Assembly (NCBI RefSeq): GCF_009914755.1
Contig: NC_060930.1
Length of the DNA: 64,000 nt
Reading direction: 5' to 3' (one strand)
DNA from: the human T2T-CHM13v2.0 reference genome, Homo sapiens
The notes under the pieces were generated by a model. It saw nothing but the letters and a program-made list of their open reading frames with translations, was not told the origin of the DNA and ran no database searches. Of the stretch, positions 1-41,824 are shown piece after piece. Every line of letters starts with the position of its first letter. The stretch's first letter is position 1. The position numbers were made by a program, and so were the translations under genes.

Positions 1-689
1 TAAAGTACCTCAGTCTGCCACAAACACTTTGAACATTATAAGGATCGCAAGGACTAAATTGCACTGCAGACTGGACCAGCTGGAGAACCTTTTCTTCCTC
101 TGAATCTCACTCAAGTATGGCTTCATTTCAAGTGACCAGGTAAGGAGGTCAGAGCAGTAACCCAAATATGATCAATGTTGTCTCTAAATTCACCTAAGTG
201 ATGTGACTCTTTTGGTTTAGGGGTAGGTAGCACAAGTAAAGCAACTTGTCCTTCATTTTGAAGGGAGCACCTGTATGCAAGATCACTAAACATCAAGAAA
301 TATCAGTGAAGTGAAAAGCCTTTGTACTTGAACCTCCCTACCTTCCGGTATACATATATTTCCTAAAGCGTGTAAGATACTTGCTATTTTTTACTCCATA
401 TGCCCTATTAGTTTGATGTCATGAGTTCAGTGGGCCAGCATATCTTGTGAGATGGTAAGATGGGTCAGGATCCCTATGTGCTAACTTGTAGCAGAGTCAG
501 AAAGTTCATGTAACCATGAGACAGTGTAGATTGATGTGTGTTATATCTGTTGTTTTCTGCTATTAAGCCAAAGAAAAATACTTCACTGGATTAATGTCTT
601 CCTTTTCAATTGCATTTATTTGTTTATTTATTTATTTTACCTTCTTGCCTTCATCAATGTCTTGTTTGTATTTCGTACTTTTCTCTCTC

Positions 690-4830
<4,141 letters not shown>

Positions 4831-4831
4831 A

Positions 4832-5440
4832 CCAGAGAGACCAAACATGTGATTAGACAGTTGGAACTTTCAGCCCCACACACTGACATGGGGGAGGTGG
4901 GCAGAGGGACCGGAGATTGAGCTCTATAAAAAATCTTGAACAATGACATTTGATATGAGCTTCTGGGTTGGTGAACACATTTAGATTCTGGGAGGCTGAT
5001 GTCCCCAGAGAGGACATAAAAGCATTACTCACCCCTCCCCCACCATCTTGCTCTATGCATCTCTTCCATTTGGCTGTTCCTGAGTATCACTTATACTAAA
5101 CCATCAATAGGAAGTAAAGTGCTTTCCTGAGTTCTGTGAGTCTTCTAGCGAATTATCAAACCTAAGGGCCAGGGGTCGTGGGTACGCCTGACTTTTGTAG
5201 CCAAGTCGATCCGAACTGTGGGTATCCTGTGGATCCAGTATTTGTGACTGGCATCTGAAGTGGGGGCAGTATTGCGGGACTGAGCTCTTAACCTGTGGAT
5301 TCTGCACTAACTCCAGGAGTTAGTGTCAGAATTGAATTGAATCGTTGGGTGCCCAACCGTGTGAGAGAACCAGAGGGTTGGAAAATTGGTGTTGAAAATG
5401 ACCATGTATTTGGTGTTAGGGAGGAAACAACCCTTCACAT
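4832..5440 (+). mobile_element. MER21-family LTR (partial)
   Basis: ATGCATCTCTTCCATTTGGCTGTTCCTGAG and AAGTAAAGTGCTTTCCTGAGTTCTGTGAG motifs. Confidence 0.7.
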
Positions 5441-5684
5441 ATCAGTATAAAAATAAATTGTTGGACATTGTTCTAGGAATCTTATACAGCTGTTAAAACT
5501 TAAAATGGCAGCTACATCCTCATTGTGATAAGTGCATTTTTCTTTTGTAATTTTGAAGAATTAGACTTAAACGTGTTTAAGAGAATAGCAAACTTTACCG
5601 CCTCTTAAATTTGTCCCAGCAACTAACCACTCCTTCCTTCCTTCCTCCCTCCCTCCCTCCTTTCCTTCCTTCCTGCTTTCCTCT

Positions 5685-6410
<726 letters not shown>

Positions 6411-6413
6411 ATC

Positions 6414-6432
6414 TGGTGGCCATACGGGGATC
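6414..6432 (+). promoter_or_regulatory. Primer binding site complementary to tRNA-Ile
   Basis: TGGTGGCCATACGGGGATC, 3 nt after the LTR; close to the complement of the tRNA-Ile(AAU) 3' end (TGGTGGCCCGTACGGGGATC). Confidence 0.85.
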
Positions 6433-6746
6433 TCTGTGCCTGCATGGAGAGGGGAGACGTGCCCCACTTGATTTATGTGGCCCGCTCTGTCTGGATGTCC
6501 CGGCTCCCCACAGAAGCCACAGACAAACCGGAGACCATGATTCAGGAGATAACAAAAGTGACACAGGAAGAAAAGCAGGCACCGCGGCAACCAGACAACC
6601 TCGTGCACGAACCACGGTGGGAAAATGGGACTGTAAGTACTGTCTTGGTGGTGGGGCATTTTCAGAGGTCTCGGGGTGTGCAAGAAACCTCCAGTAAGGG
6701 GGGCTGAGTACACAGGGAAAAGCTCAGACACAGAGACTAACTGAAA

Positions 6747-8040
6747 ATGGGAAACAGGAATTCTAGGCCTCGGGAACAAAGGAAAGAGGGAACTAGAAAC
6801 ACCCCCTCTGACATTCTCCTAGATAGTCCTTTGGGGAGAATGTTGCAGGTTTGAAAGGCTAATCCTCAAACCAGGGACAAGGAAAAGCAAAGATGATAAA
6901 GTATTGCTGTTTTATCTGGCCCAAAGAGCCCATTCATCAGCCTTGGGTCTTTTGGCCTAAGTTTGGCTCAGATGCGGATTGGGTGTGCCAAGCTTTAATT
7001 CTATATGTAAATGATGAAACCCCATCCTCACAAGAGGAGATGGGTTATGCTCTTTGTTGGATTAGTGAATAACCCCATGTTCCACCTTAAAGAGAAAAAA
7101 AAGAGCATAGTAAAGAGCCCTCACCCAATGAAAAGCCCTGGGGTCCCCTAACACGCTTGCCCTCACCCCCATACATCTCACAAAGTAGAGGACAGGGAGA
7201 TCAGGGGCAACAGGAAGGCTGGAGGAAGAGGAATCTGGGGGCCATGAAGGAGCTAAACCCAGTGCTCCCTTCAATCCTTATCCAAACTTAAGGAAAGAAT
7301 TAGAACAATGTAAGAAGGACATTGAGAATTTCCCCATTTCTTCTAAACAGTAGATGTCTAATACGTACCGTCTTAAAGAATTCCTTGTGGGACAGGGAGA
7401 AGTTGGATTTGTGAGTGTGCCTCTAACAAGTACTGAGGTTACGAATTTTAAAAAGGAAATGAGGCCACTCTTGGAAGATCCCCTCAGTTTAGCAGAGCAG
7501 CTAGATCAATTTTTAGGACCCAATTTTTATACTTCGGCTGAGATGATGTCAATCATGAATATATTTTGTTTACTGGGGAAGAGAGGGGAATGATTAGAAG
7601 GGCAGCCGTGACCATTTGGGAGAGACAGCATCCTCCCGGGCAAGGAGTCCTGCTAGCTGAGCAGAAATTCCCAAAAGCAAATCCTAGAGAGGATAGCAAT
7701 AACCCCAGAGATTGGGCCCAAATGCAGGACCTAAGGGAATGAATAATTAGAGGGATTAAAAAGCCCACTCATAGAACACAAAATGTCTTGAAAGCATTCA
7801 AGATCCAACAAGAAAAAGAGGAGACTCCCTCTGCGTTTCTGCAGAGGCTCAGGGATCATATGAGAAAATATTCAAGATTAGATCCAGAGGATCCAGTAGG
7901 GCAAGGCCTTTTAAAGGTTAATTTTGTGACTAAAAGCTGGCCTGATATTCCTAAGAAACTGCAAAAGATTGATGGATGGAATGAAAAACCGATTAAGGAA
8001 TGACTGAGGGAAGCTCAGAAGGTTTTTGTAAGAAGAAAGG
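6747..8040 (+). pseudogene. ERV gag remnant (MA-CA) with stops and frameshifts
   Basis: Starts MGNRNS (myristoylation-type); major homology region-like IQQEKEETPSAFLQRL in ORF 7788..8003. Confidence 0.85.
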
Positions 8041-8044
8041 GAGA

Positions 8045-8502
8045 TAAGGGAGACCACCCCTCATATTGTCTTATGCCCAATTTCTGCCTCCGAAGAAAGA
8101 AGAAGTAAAAACTAAAAGGCAAAAATGAAATCCACAGACAGATAGCCCAGCGCTGCGCCCTGGGCCTGGTAGTTAAAAATCGACCCCTGACCTAACTGGT
8201 TATGTTATCTATAGATTCCAGACATTGTATGGAAGAGCATTGTAAAAATCCCTGTCCTGTTCTGTTTCGTTCTGATTACCAGCGCATGCAGCCCCCAGTC
8301 ACGTACCCCCTGCTTACTCAATTGATCACAACCCTCTCACACGGACCCCCTTAGAGTTGTGAGTCCTTAAAAGGGACAGGAATTGCTCACTCGGGGAGCT
8401 CGGCTCTGGAGACAGGAGTCTTGACGATGCTCCCGGCCGAATAAACTCCTTCCTTTTTAACTCGGTGTCTGAGGAGTTTTGTCTGCGGCTCGTCCTGCTA
8501 CA
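8045..8502 (+). mobile_element. Solo LTR2 (HERV-E/Harlequin type) nested in the provirus
   Basis: TAAGGGAGACCACCCCTCATATTGTCTTATGCCC...AATAAA...CCTGCTACA; 4-bp TSD GAGA at 8041-44 and 8503-06. Confidence 0.88.
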
Positions 8503-8890
8503 GAGAAAGAGAACAAGTAAGAAAGAAAATCAGAAAGAGAAAGGGGAGGAAACGGCAAATATGGAGGGCCAGAGAGAGAGAGAGAGAGAGAGAAAGTTAA
8601 GCTGCTGACCCTGAAGGCAAGGGAGAGCTGGCCATGCATCTGTGTGTGTGGGAGCCATTGGACTAAGCAGCTGAGACAGGGTAGACAGTGTAAGACACTG
8701 TGCAGGTGCACTGGTGCCCAGAGAAAAAGAAGAGAGCCAGAGCTGTTCATCTTTGCAGACAGAAAGTGGGGAGCCAGGGTACAGCACGGCTCAGCTCGTG
8801 CCCAGAGAGAGAAAGAGGAAGAAACTGAGTATGAGGGAGAAAGGAAACGGGATGACAGAGAGAGAGACAGAAGAAGAAAAATGAGTAAGG

Positions 8891-10885
<1,995 letters not shown>

Positions 10886-11044
10886 CTAATGAGTGTGCCC
10901 ATCAGGGAAGGCACCACAGGCTGGCAGCTCTTGGCCCAGAGCCAGACCCAGCAGGGCCTGGCCAAAGGCACCCTGGGAGGCCAGCTGGTCAGGCCTTTGC
11001 CTCCCCAAGTTCCTCTGGGGTCAACGGGCCTTGGGGAGGTGCCT

Positions 11045-12690
<1,646 letters not shown>

Positions 12691-12696
12691 GGAAGC

Positions 12697-14700
<2,004 letters not shown>

Positions 14701-14731
14701 AATAGGAGTAAAAAGAAAAAGAGGAGGGAAT

Positions 14732-17635
<2,904 letters not shown>

Positions 17636-18215
17636 TCATATCAAATATATGTTTAAAATCATGAGAAACTCAAGGCATACTTTTAAAAAACCCCAAAAAG
17701 ATGCTTTTTGGTATCACAGTATTTAATATTTATTTTTTCCTTCATCAATTTTTTTCAATATTTTGATGCCTACTGAGTGCCAAGTACTGCAAAATTGATG
17801 AGGATAGAGACGAATAAGACATGTCTCTGATTTTTCAGAAACTTTGCTCTGGTGGAGGAAACAAACATGGACACATTGTGAGAGTTCCAGGAAGTGGCCA
17901 CTTGGAGGTGGTATCAAAGTGCTGTGGGAATCCACTTGGGATTGCTGGGTATGTCACTGTCAAGGGGAGGGAGCTGAGTTTCAGCTTGATCCTTCAAGAC
18001 AGGCACTCAAGTGTGGAAAGGGATGGGCCATGGGCATGTTTCCATAGGACCAGAGATAGACCTAGGTTCAAATCCTGACTCAAACTACTTATTAGCTTTA
18101 TGATAATGAGAAAGTTACTTACACTCTCTGAGCTTCAGTTTCCTTATCTGTGAAATGGAGATGATAACATTTACATATATTGCTAGTTTATTGTGAATAC
18201 TTTAAAAGAAGTAAT

Positions 18216-18576
18216 TGTATTAGTCCATTTTTTGCTGCTGTGAATACATACACGAGACTGGGTAATTTATAAAGGAAAGAGGTTTAATTGACTCAATTCA
18301 GCATGGCTGGGGAGGTCTCAGGAAACTTACTATCATGGCAGAAAGGGAAGCAAACGTGTCCTTCTTCACATGGCAGCAGGGAGAAGAAGAATGAGTGAAA
18401 AGGGAAAAGCCCCTTTTAAAACCATCATATCTCGTGAGAACTCACTATCATGAGAACAGCATGGAGGTAACTACCCCCACGATTCAATTACCTCCCACTG
18501 GGTCCCTCCCACGACAGGTGGGGATTATGGAAACTACAAGATGAGATTTGGGTGGGGATACAGCCAAACCATATCA
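18216..18576 (-). mobile_element. THE1 (MaLR) solo LTR inserted in a MIR
   Basis: TGTATTAGTCCAT...CAGCCAAACCATATCA; 5-bp TSD GTAAT/ATAAT. Confidence 0.88.
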
Positions 18577-19159
18577 ATAATATATAAAGAATCAAGCCCT
18601 CCATAAATAGTTATTAGTAGTACTATTATTGTTCCAGGTCCCATCCTCCAGGAAACCTTTCTTGATTGCTCTCAATGATCTCTCTCCTCTGAATTCCAGG
18701 AAAAGCCATTGCGCTGATTGCTTTTCTTTATTACACAGTGCTTTGTACTATTGATATTGTGAGTTTGAATCTCAGTTCATAAACTTATACATGCCCAAAA
18801 CATCTAATTTCTTCATATTCTGGAAATCAAATTAACTTCAACCTTTAGTCTCTATCCCATCAAAATGGCTGTCAATTCAACTTAGGGGGACTTCCCTGAA
18901 TTGTGCCAACGTTCTGCGACTCCTGCAGTGATATGGCATTAGAGGAGCCTCCTAGTCTACTGTCCATCCAGGTTACCATTTAATGCCCCAGCCCTCATCA
19001 CCTTGATTCGTGTCTCTGCTTCATAGCCTGCCATGCCTAGGGAATCTTTGAGGCTGGGAGAATAAGGTTAAGGATGCAGCATCTCTGGGGTCTGACATGG
19101 CCATTCACCCTGGAGTCCAGCCACATCACTGGTGTTTTTTCATCTGAAAAATGGTATAA

Positions 19160-20170
19160 TAATAATAGTAAGAGTTATTAAGCAACTAATATATTCCAGG
19201 CAGTTTGCTAGATCTTTTGAATACGTTGTCTCATTTAATCTTCCCACCCACTCTGTGAAAGAGACTCTGTTATTACTTTCAGGAACTTTGCTCTGGTGGA
19301 GGAGACAAACATGGACACATTGTGATAGTACCAGGAGCTGGCCACTTGGAGGTGGGATCTATTATTAACCACATTTAGGACTCTTCAAGCTCAAAAACTT
19401 GCCCAAGATCACATAGTTACAGAGTAGCAGAGGCAAGATTTTAATCGTTGTCTCCAAAGTTTGGTTGGTTAACCACCATGCTCTATACCCAGTTTGCAGG
19501 GTAGTTCTAAAGATTAGAGCTAATGTGTGAAAGTGCCAAGAACAGTATTGGACACATAATAGGCACTCAATTAGGTACAGATATTGTTGTTATTTTTCAA
19601 AAGTGGTATTTCTAGCTGCTGCTATGAGCTTGCCCAGTTTCCCACTGCAGGGCTGTTGGGAGAATAGGTGGGAACAAGGAAGCTTTTTATAGGTTGGCCC
19701 AGTTTCCCCTATTAATGAGTCCATTTATTCATTCATTCAACAAATAATTTATTGAGTAATTACTATGTGTCAGGCACTGTTCTATGCACTGGGAAAATGA
19801 CAATGAGCAAAAATAATAAAATCCCTGCTCTCATGGAACTTATAGCCTAGCGGAGGAGGGGACAGACACTAAACAAATAAAAAGTAGATAGATGATGTCT
19901 CAAATGGTAATATGCATTTTGAAAAAATTAATCTGATAGGGGGTTAGAGAGTGATAGATGGAGATATACATCTATTTATATAAGGCGGACAGGGAAGACC
20001 TCTCTGATAAAGTGAACTTTGGGCAGAGACCTGAAGGAAGTGAGGAATTGAACCATGCAGATATCTGGGGATGTGGGTGACAGGCAGAGAGAAAGATTCT
20101 GAGGTGGCACAGACCCTTGGTATGTTTGAAGAGCAGTGGAAGCCTAGGGAATGAGTATAAACAGAAAAAA
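19160..20170. repeat. MIR and L2 fragments
   Basis: MIR core (TCTCATTTAATC, CTTGCCCAAGATCACATAG); L2 end ATTCATTCATTCAACAAAT. Confidence 0.7.
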
Positions 20171-20841
20171 AGTGGGTTGGTGTCTTAGATCAGAATCCCT
20201 AGAAGCAGAACTGAGATAGGGATTCGAGTGTATGTGATCTTTGAGGGAGTGCTGTCAGGAGAAAACGAGTGAGGGAAACAGAATAGGACAGGAGAAAGAG
20301 CTAGGCAAAGATATGGTCTTTAGTTTGATCCTGTGAGAACTCTGGAGCATGAATTATTCCACAAAGCTGGTTCTACCAAGGCAAGGAATTGGCCTTTTTT
20401 ACTTGACCTCGTTTAGTCATTAGTCATTAGTCATTAGTCATTAGTCAATGACAGGTCTGCGGGGCAGTGGAGAGCAGTAGTTAATCTCTCAGGCAAAGCA
20501 GATCCACTTTGTGGAGAGCAATTCTCCAGAGGAGAAGGAAATGATGACCCATTAGTAGCCAACACTCACAGGAGCTGAGGAATGGGTACAACTAGCCCTG
20601 TAAAGGAGATCTAAGTAGGACAACAGCATCCATTACAGATGGGAAATGAACCCTAAGAGGCTCTAACACTTTGAGGTTGAGAGGATAAAGAGAAAGAAAA
20701 CTGAGAAGCAACCAATGAGGTAGGAAGAGAACCAAGAATATGTGGTATCCAGAAAGTCAAGAAATAAAATTATATCAAGAATGATGGAGTATTGAGGAAA
20801 GAGAGGGGGAAGGGAGCAATTAACTGAGTCATATAATCACT

Positions 20842-21376
20842 CTGTTAGCCTCCAAGATGGCCCCCCAATGACTCTTGCTTCATGGTACACATGTCCCCAT
20901 GTAATCTCTTTCTACTTTGAATCAGACTAACTTGTGTAACCAGTAAGATATTCCGAAAATAATGGAGTGCAACTTATGAGACCAGATCATAAAAGATATT
21001 TCAACTTCTGCTTTGTTCTCTTTGAAATCCCTTCTCCCAGAGGAGAAGCCAGTTGCCATATTGTGAGGATGCTCAAGCAACCTTATGAAGAGGTCTACAT
21101 GGTGAAGAACTAAGGCCTACTATCAAAAACAAACACTAATTTGCCAGACATGTGAGTGAGTATATTGGAAGTGGATCCTCCAACCTTCTAAGACTTGACA
21201 TGACTACAACCCCTGCCAACACCTTGAATGAAACTTCATAAGAGAACCTAATCCAGAATCACATAGCTAAGCTATTCCTGGATTTCTGACCCATAGAAAC
21301 TATGAGATAATTGCTTCTTGTTTCGAGTCACTAAATTTGAGGGTAATTGTTACATAGCAACAGATAACCAATACAA
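20842..21376 (+). mobile_element. MLT1-family MaLR LTR (a related partial copy lies at ~23177-23500)
   Basis: CCAAGATGGCCCCCAATG start; TGTTACATAGCAACAGATAACCAATACA end. Confidence 0.75.
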
Positions 21377-21563
21377 TGATAAGTGAAGAGTAAGGCCTGA
21401 GAAATGACCGTTTAATTTAATATGAAAGTCACTGACTACTTTGAAAAGAGCAGTTTCAGCAGAGCGATGTGGGCAAAAGCCTAATTAAAATGTGCTCACA
21501 GATAATGAGAGAAGAGAAAGTGGAGACAGATAACTGACCATTCTTTCCATAAGTTTTGCTGTA

Positions 21564-27435
<5,872 letters not shown>

Positions 27436-27438
27436 TAA

Positions 27439-29027
27439 TGATGGCAGCGGTGGCTCCAGATGGCTGGCCACTGCCAAGATGCCAGCTGCAGCAGGGAGGC
27501 CTGGGCCCCCCACTCCATGGAGCAGGCAGGAGCCCCACCCTCCCAGGGTGCCAATGCAGCAGCCCAACCCCAGCTGTGGACCCAGGCATCTCTGTGCTCT
27601 TGGGGGCCTGGAAGGCCCCCCTCCTCCCTGCAGGCTCAGAAGTGCCTGCTGCTGCTGCCTGCCCTCTCCCCGCTTCCAGCACCAGCTCCGATCATGGAGC
27701 AAGGGTGGGGCTGAGCCTGGATGCTGTGGCAGCCCTGCCGGGTGGGTGCACACTCAGGACACACTGACATGCCAGCCCCCTGCTGCCTCGTCCCCCTCCA
27801 GACTTTGGGCACCAATGAGCACAGGAGGGAAGCTGAGGGGGTGCTGAGGGCAGCTCAGTGCTGGCCTGCAGATGCCCGTTGGCACAAGTAACCTGAGTGC
27901 CATGGATGTTGGTGGCAGGAGGCAATGGCTCCTGGGCAGAAGAGGGCAGTCCCGGTGAAGCCCCACCTTCAAGCTAAGGAAGTCCTGTGACCTGGGGGCC
28001 AGGCTACCAGTCCTGCCTACAGGAGGGGGAACTCATAGTGCTTTTTCCTGGGCCCCTACATGGCTGCCCATGGACCAGTCAGTATGCACTTCCCCACTCA
28101 AGCCCATAAACACCCTGGACTCAGCAGAGCAGAGCAGACACCCAGGTGACCAGCAGCAGAGAGGAGCTTCCCACTCCAGGGATGACCTGCCTGCAGAGAG
28201 GAGCAACTCACTCCAGGGCCTCTCTGCTAAGAACTGCAGAGATGAGGGGACAACCAGGAGCAGAGAGGAGCCACCAACACCAGTGCCTCGTCCTCTCTGC
28301 TGAGGGCTGAACACTCATCGGAACACCTTGGCTGCAGAAAGGGGCTACCCATAGCAGACCTCTGAGCTGTTCTACTGCTCGATAAAGCTCCTCTTCATCT
28401 TGCTTACCCTCCACTTGTCTGCATGCCTCCACCCTCCACTCGTCTGCATGCCTCATTCTTCCTGGTGGCAAGACAAGAACTCGGGACCCATCAAATGGCA
28501 AGCCCTGTAACACGAACAGGGCTGAAACATGCCCCTTACTCGCCACTTTGCAGGCGGAGAAGAGAAGAGCTGCAGCCCTTCAGGGAGCCCAGACCTGGGA
28601 CCTCCCCAAGCCAGGGCTGTGACTCCCTCTTTGAGGCCCTGTGGTTCCTGGTGTCTCCAAGCTTCCAGGTGCCACTGCATTCCCGGTGCTAGCCAGGGAA
28701 GCTGCTTGCAGTCCACTTGGTCCAGCTGCAGCCTCACAGAGAGCTGCCACCTGTGCCAGCACTTGGAGCTGCCTGCCCCCCTGCAGCAGCCGGCATGCCT
28801 GACTGTGTACAGTGGCTGGACCCTGTGCTTTCTTGCCCACACACCCCTTGCCATTCCATGCCTGGCTCACCCTTGTCAGGCAAGGGATCCAGACAGGTAG
28901 CATAAGTCAAGCACAGCCTGCCAGCCTGAGTGGGTAGAAGGAGCTGAGTGGGCCCGAGTCACACAAAGGCACCACTGGCCCTAGAGGTTTCTGGCCAGAA
29001 AAGTGACACCTCAAAGATCCCATAACA
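27439..29027 (+). mobile_element. MER52-family solo LTR (~1.6 kb, GC-rich) inserted in L1M
   Basis: TGATGGCAGCGGTGGC...GATCCCATAACA; imperfect TSD ATAA/ATAG; L1 sequence resumes on both sides. Confidence 0.8.
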
Positions 29028-29039
29028 ATAGCATTATTC

Positions 29040-32140
<3,101 letters not shown>

Positions 32141-33008
32141 TGTTCAAAAAATGGTGACCTGGCCGAGTGGCAGTGGACTTGCCCAGCCCCAGCTCTAGCT
32201 ACACTTGTCCCCTTGCCTTCCAGATAATCAGCTTCTGATAACTGTAGAGAAAAGTATGGGCAGAAAGGAGAAAGTAAGCCAAGAGGGGAGCTGGAAGTCA
32301 GGACCTACTGCCTTGGAAAGCCATCGTGCTGTGAGGACTCTTCATCATTCCTCAAGGTACTTCTGCTTCCTTCCCTTACCTCCCACTACCTCCTAGGCAC
32401 TCCACTGAACCTGCCCACCTCCACTCCTGCCATCTCTGCCCACCTCTACTCCAAGCATCTGGGCATCCACACTCAGTTCACGTCAGATCTGGGTGTAATG
32501 AGTTTGAAGTCAGTTTTCAAAGTTGTATTAATAGAATCTTTCTTTGGCCACCCAGGTTTTGGAGAATTTGGTCATCCTTCCACTTTATGGACTGTGAATT
32601 ATCTTGTGACCAATGATTTCCTCTTCTTCCCACCTAGGTGTTACTTCACTTACCAACAATTCCCCAATTCCCCAAAGTGGAAGGAAGGAGACAAACTTGT
32701 ACCTTTGACTCATTTTTCAGAAACTATGGTGTAAAGGTCTCTGGGAAACTGGGTGAAACTAAAGGGCCATATGATATTGTTTTCATTTATTTTTATTTTT
32801 TAACCTGGAAAATGTGAAATGTGTAGATGCAATGCCATATGATGTTGAGGAATTATTTGTTTTAAATTATCTTTCCTCCTTTATGTCCTGGGCAAATATT
32901 AATTAGTTGGTTATTTGTAACCATCAGAAAGGATCCTACTGATGGCATGACTCCTTTGCCAAACTTCTTATCAAAAATAAGGACTCTGGAACGTTATGAA
33001 AATAAGAG

Positions 33009-33105
33009 GTCTATGGCCATACCACCCTGAAAACACGCAATCTTGTCTGATCTTGGAAGCTAAGCAGGGTTGTGCCTGGTTAGTATTTGGGTGGGCTATA
33101 GGCTT
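33009..33105 (+). pseudogene. 5S rRNA pseudogene with an internal deletion
   Basis: GTCTATGGCCATACCACCCTGAA...GAAGCTAAGCAGGG...TGGTTAGTATTTGGGTGGG joined directly to CTATAGGCTT; CpG decay; about 22 nt missing near the 3' end. Confidence 0.93.
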
Positions 33106-33390
33106 CTGGCATCCCATTCCCTCTTTCCCTTTAAAAGAAAGAAAGAAAGAAAAAATAAATAAAATGAGGGGACCACATCCTCTCCCACCTACTTCAGAGG
33201 GCTGGTAAGACTAGGGTCCTCCCCACCTGAGCACCAGCTTGGGGTGAAAGGGAGGAAGAGGAATCCTTAACAGAAGCATTATCTGTCCCTTTAACCCTCC
33301 TTTCAGAAGTGGACTCTCTAAAGAGTCCTCTTGTCCTCTGACTTAACTTTACCTCATCCAGCTGTATACATGCAGTGAAACACACTTTAA

Positions 33391-34290
<900 letters not shown>

Positions 34291-35484
34291 TTTATTTTTT
34301 CTAACTTTCTTATTTTCTTGGGTTAAACTAGAGCTCTTAAATTAACCTGCCTGCCCATCAGCTTTCCAGACTAGGAGTGATTATATAACTTACAATTCTT
34401 ACTGGGGACCTGAAAGTCCCAACATGCTCTGAAGCCTGGAAAATTAGGTGGAAGAAGGAAAAGATAGAACCTTGGCACAGAGAGAAAAAAAAAGTGGTTA
34501 GCATCTGTGCTGGACTAAAAAATATATAAGTATGAATGTTAGATTTTGTGAGTTACATCAGGGACACATGTGCATATCTGCATTTGATGTGTGTGCAATT
34601 CTGTGGTCAAGAGGGTGTCTGTGAGTGAGAAGACACATCCAAAGATTTAATGAGAAGAATAATGATTTTGGATCCATCTGCCTTGCTCTCAGTGCCAAGA
34701 GGAATGGTAGGCACAGGATTCACTGCAGGGGTAGATGGTGAAAGCAGTCAGAAAGTGATGGGTTGTTAGGGGTACCCCTGAATAATGTCTCCCCACCTAG
34801 TTAGCTCTTGCTTGAAATTTAGCAGTTAGCTAACTGTGTCTCTAAGGATTTTAAATTTTTCTTCATACTTTTCTTCATTTCTACATTTTCAAGACATACC
34901 CACGACTGGGTAATTTATAAAGGAAAAGAGGTTTAATGGACTCACAATTCCACATAGCTGGGGAGGCCTCACAATCATGGTGGAAGGTGAAGGAGGAGCA
35001 AAGGCACATCTTACAAGGCAATAGGCAAGGAGTGCTGAGGGTATTGCAATTATAATCAAAAGGTTATTAATGTAAAATAATATATTTTAGTACTTGACAG
35101 TAGTTCAAGTAAAAAGTCTTGAGGGAGGTTCCTGATTCAATTTAGACCATGAGGCCTTGTGTTAAGGGTGTGGATTGGGTATTGCGGATCCTGATCTAGA
35201 ACATGTGCTGTGATGTGTACTAGTTCTATAATCCTCGGCAAGGCTCTTGACATCTGTGGTGCTTAAACCTGAGTGCAAGAATCACCCAGCTGCAGATTGT
35301 AGGATCCTCTCCTAGAGAGTCTTATTCAGCAGGTCTAGAGTGGACTTTGGAATCTGCATTTTAATAAGCAGCTCAGGTGACTCCAAAGCAAATGCTATAT
35401 AGACCACTCTTTGAAACACACTATTCCATATTCTGCAAATCTCCATTTTTAAAAACTTTATTGTGAAAAAATTTCAAATATATG

Positions 35485-40960
<5,476 letters not shown>

Positions 40961-41518
40961 CTGGCCAGGTGCAGTGGCTCACACCTATAATCCCAGCACT
41001 TTGGGAGGCCAAGGCAAGCGCATCACCTGAGGCCAGGAGTTCAAGACCAGCCTGGGCCAGGTAGCAAGACTCTGTTAATTAATTACTAAAGATTGTGAAA
41101 TGCAAACCTACATCTCTTAGTTTTTAAAAATAGGAAAATTAATTCTTGACGTTGAGGGATATGGGGCTTCTTACTGAGATTAAGTGGGATAACCATAATT
41201 GTCATTTGTTTAGCTTTTCTTCTTCAAGCACTGTACACACCTATGTAAAGGCGGATACCAACACCATGCCTGACAAACAGATAATAAAATAAAGATGCAG
41301 AAGTAACCTGCCCAACATCCCTCTGCTAAAAGCATTCAAACCCAGGTCCGTATAATTATAAAGGTTATGTTCTTCCCACTGCTTCCTTAAAAGATTTATT
41401 GGAGGACTACCCTAAGCAAAGCACTTGCCCTAAGCACTCTAAATTAATTATTCAACTCTCTCAACAGTACTTTAGTATTGGTATTGTCCCTGTTGTACAA
41501 ATAAAGAAGTTGAGGCTC

Positions 41519-41824
<306 letters not shown>

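Noticed and set aside
33009-33105. Functional 5S rRNA gene
   Set aside because: Single copy with many substitutions, an internal deletion and no T-run terminator.
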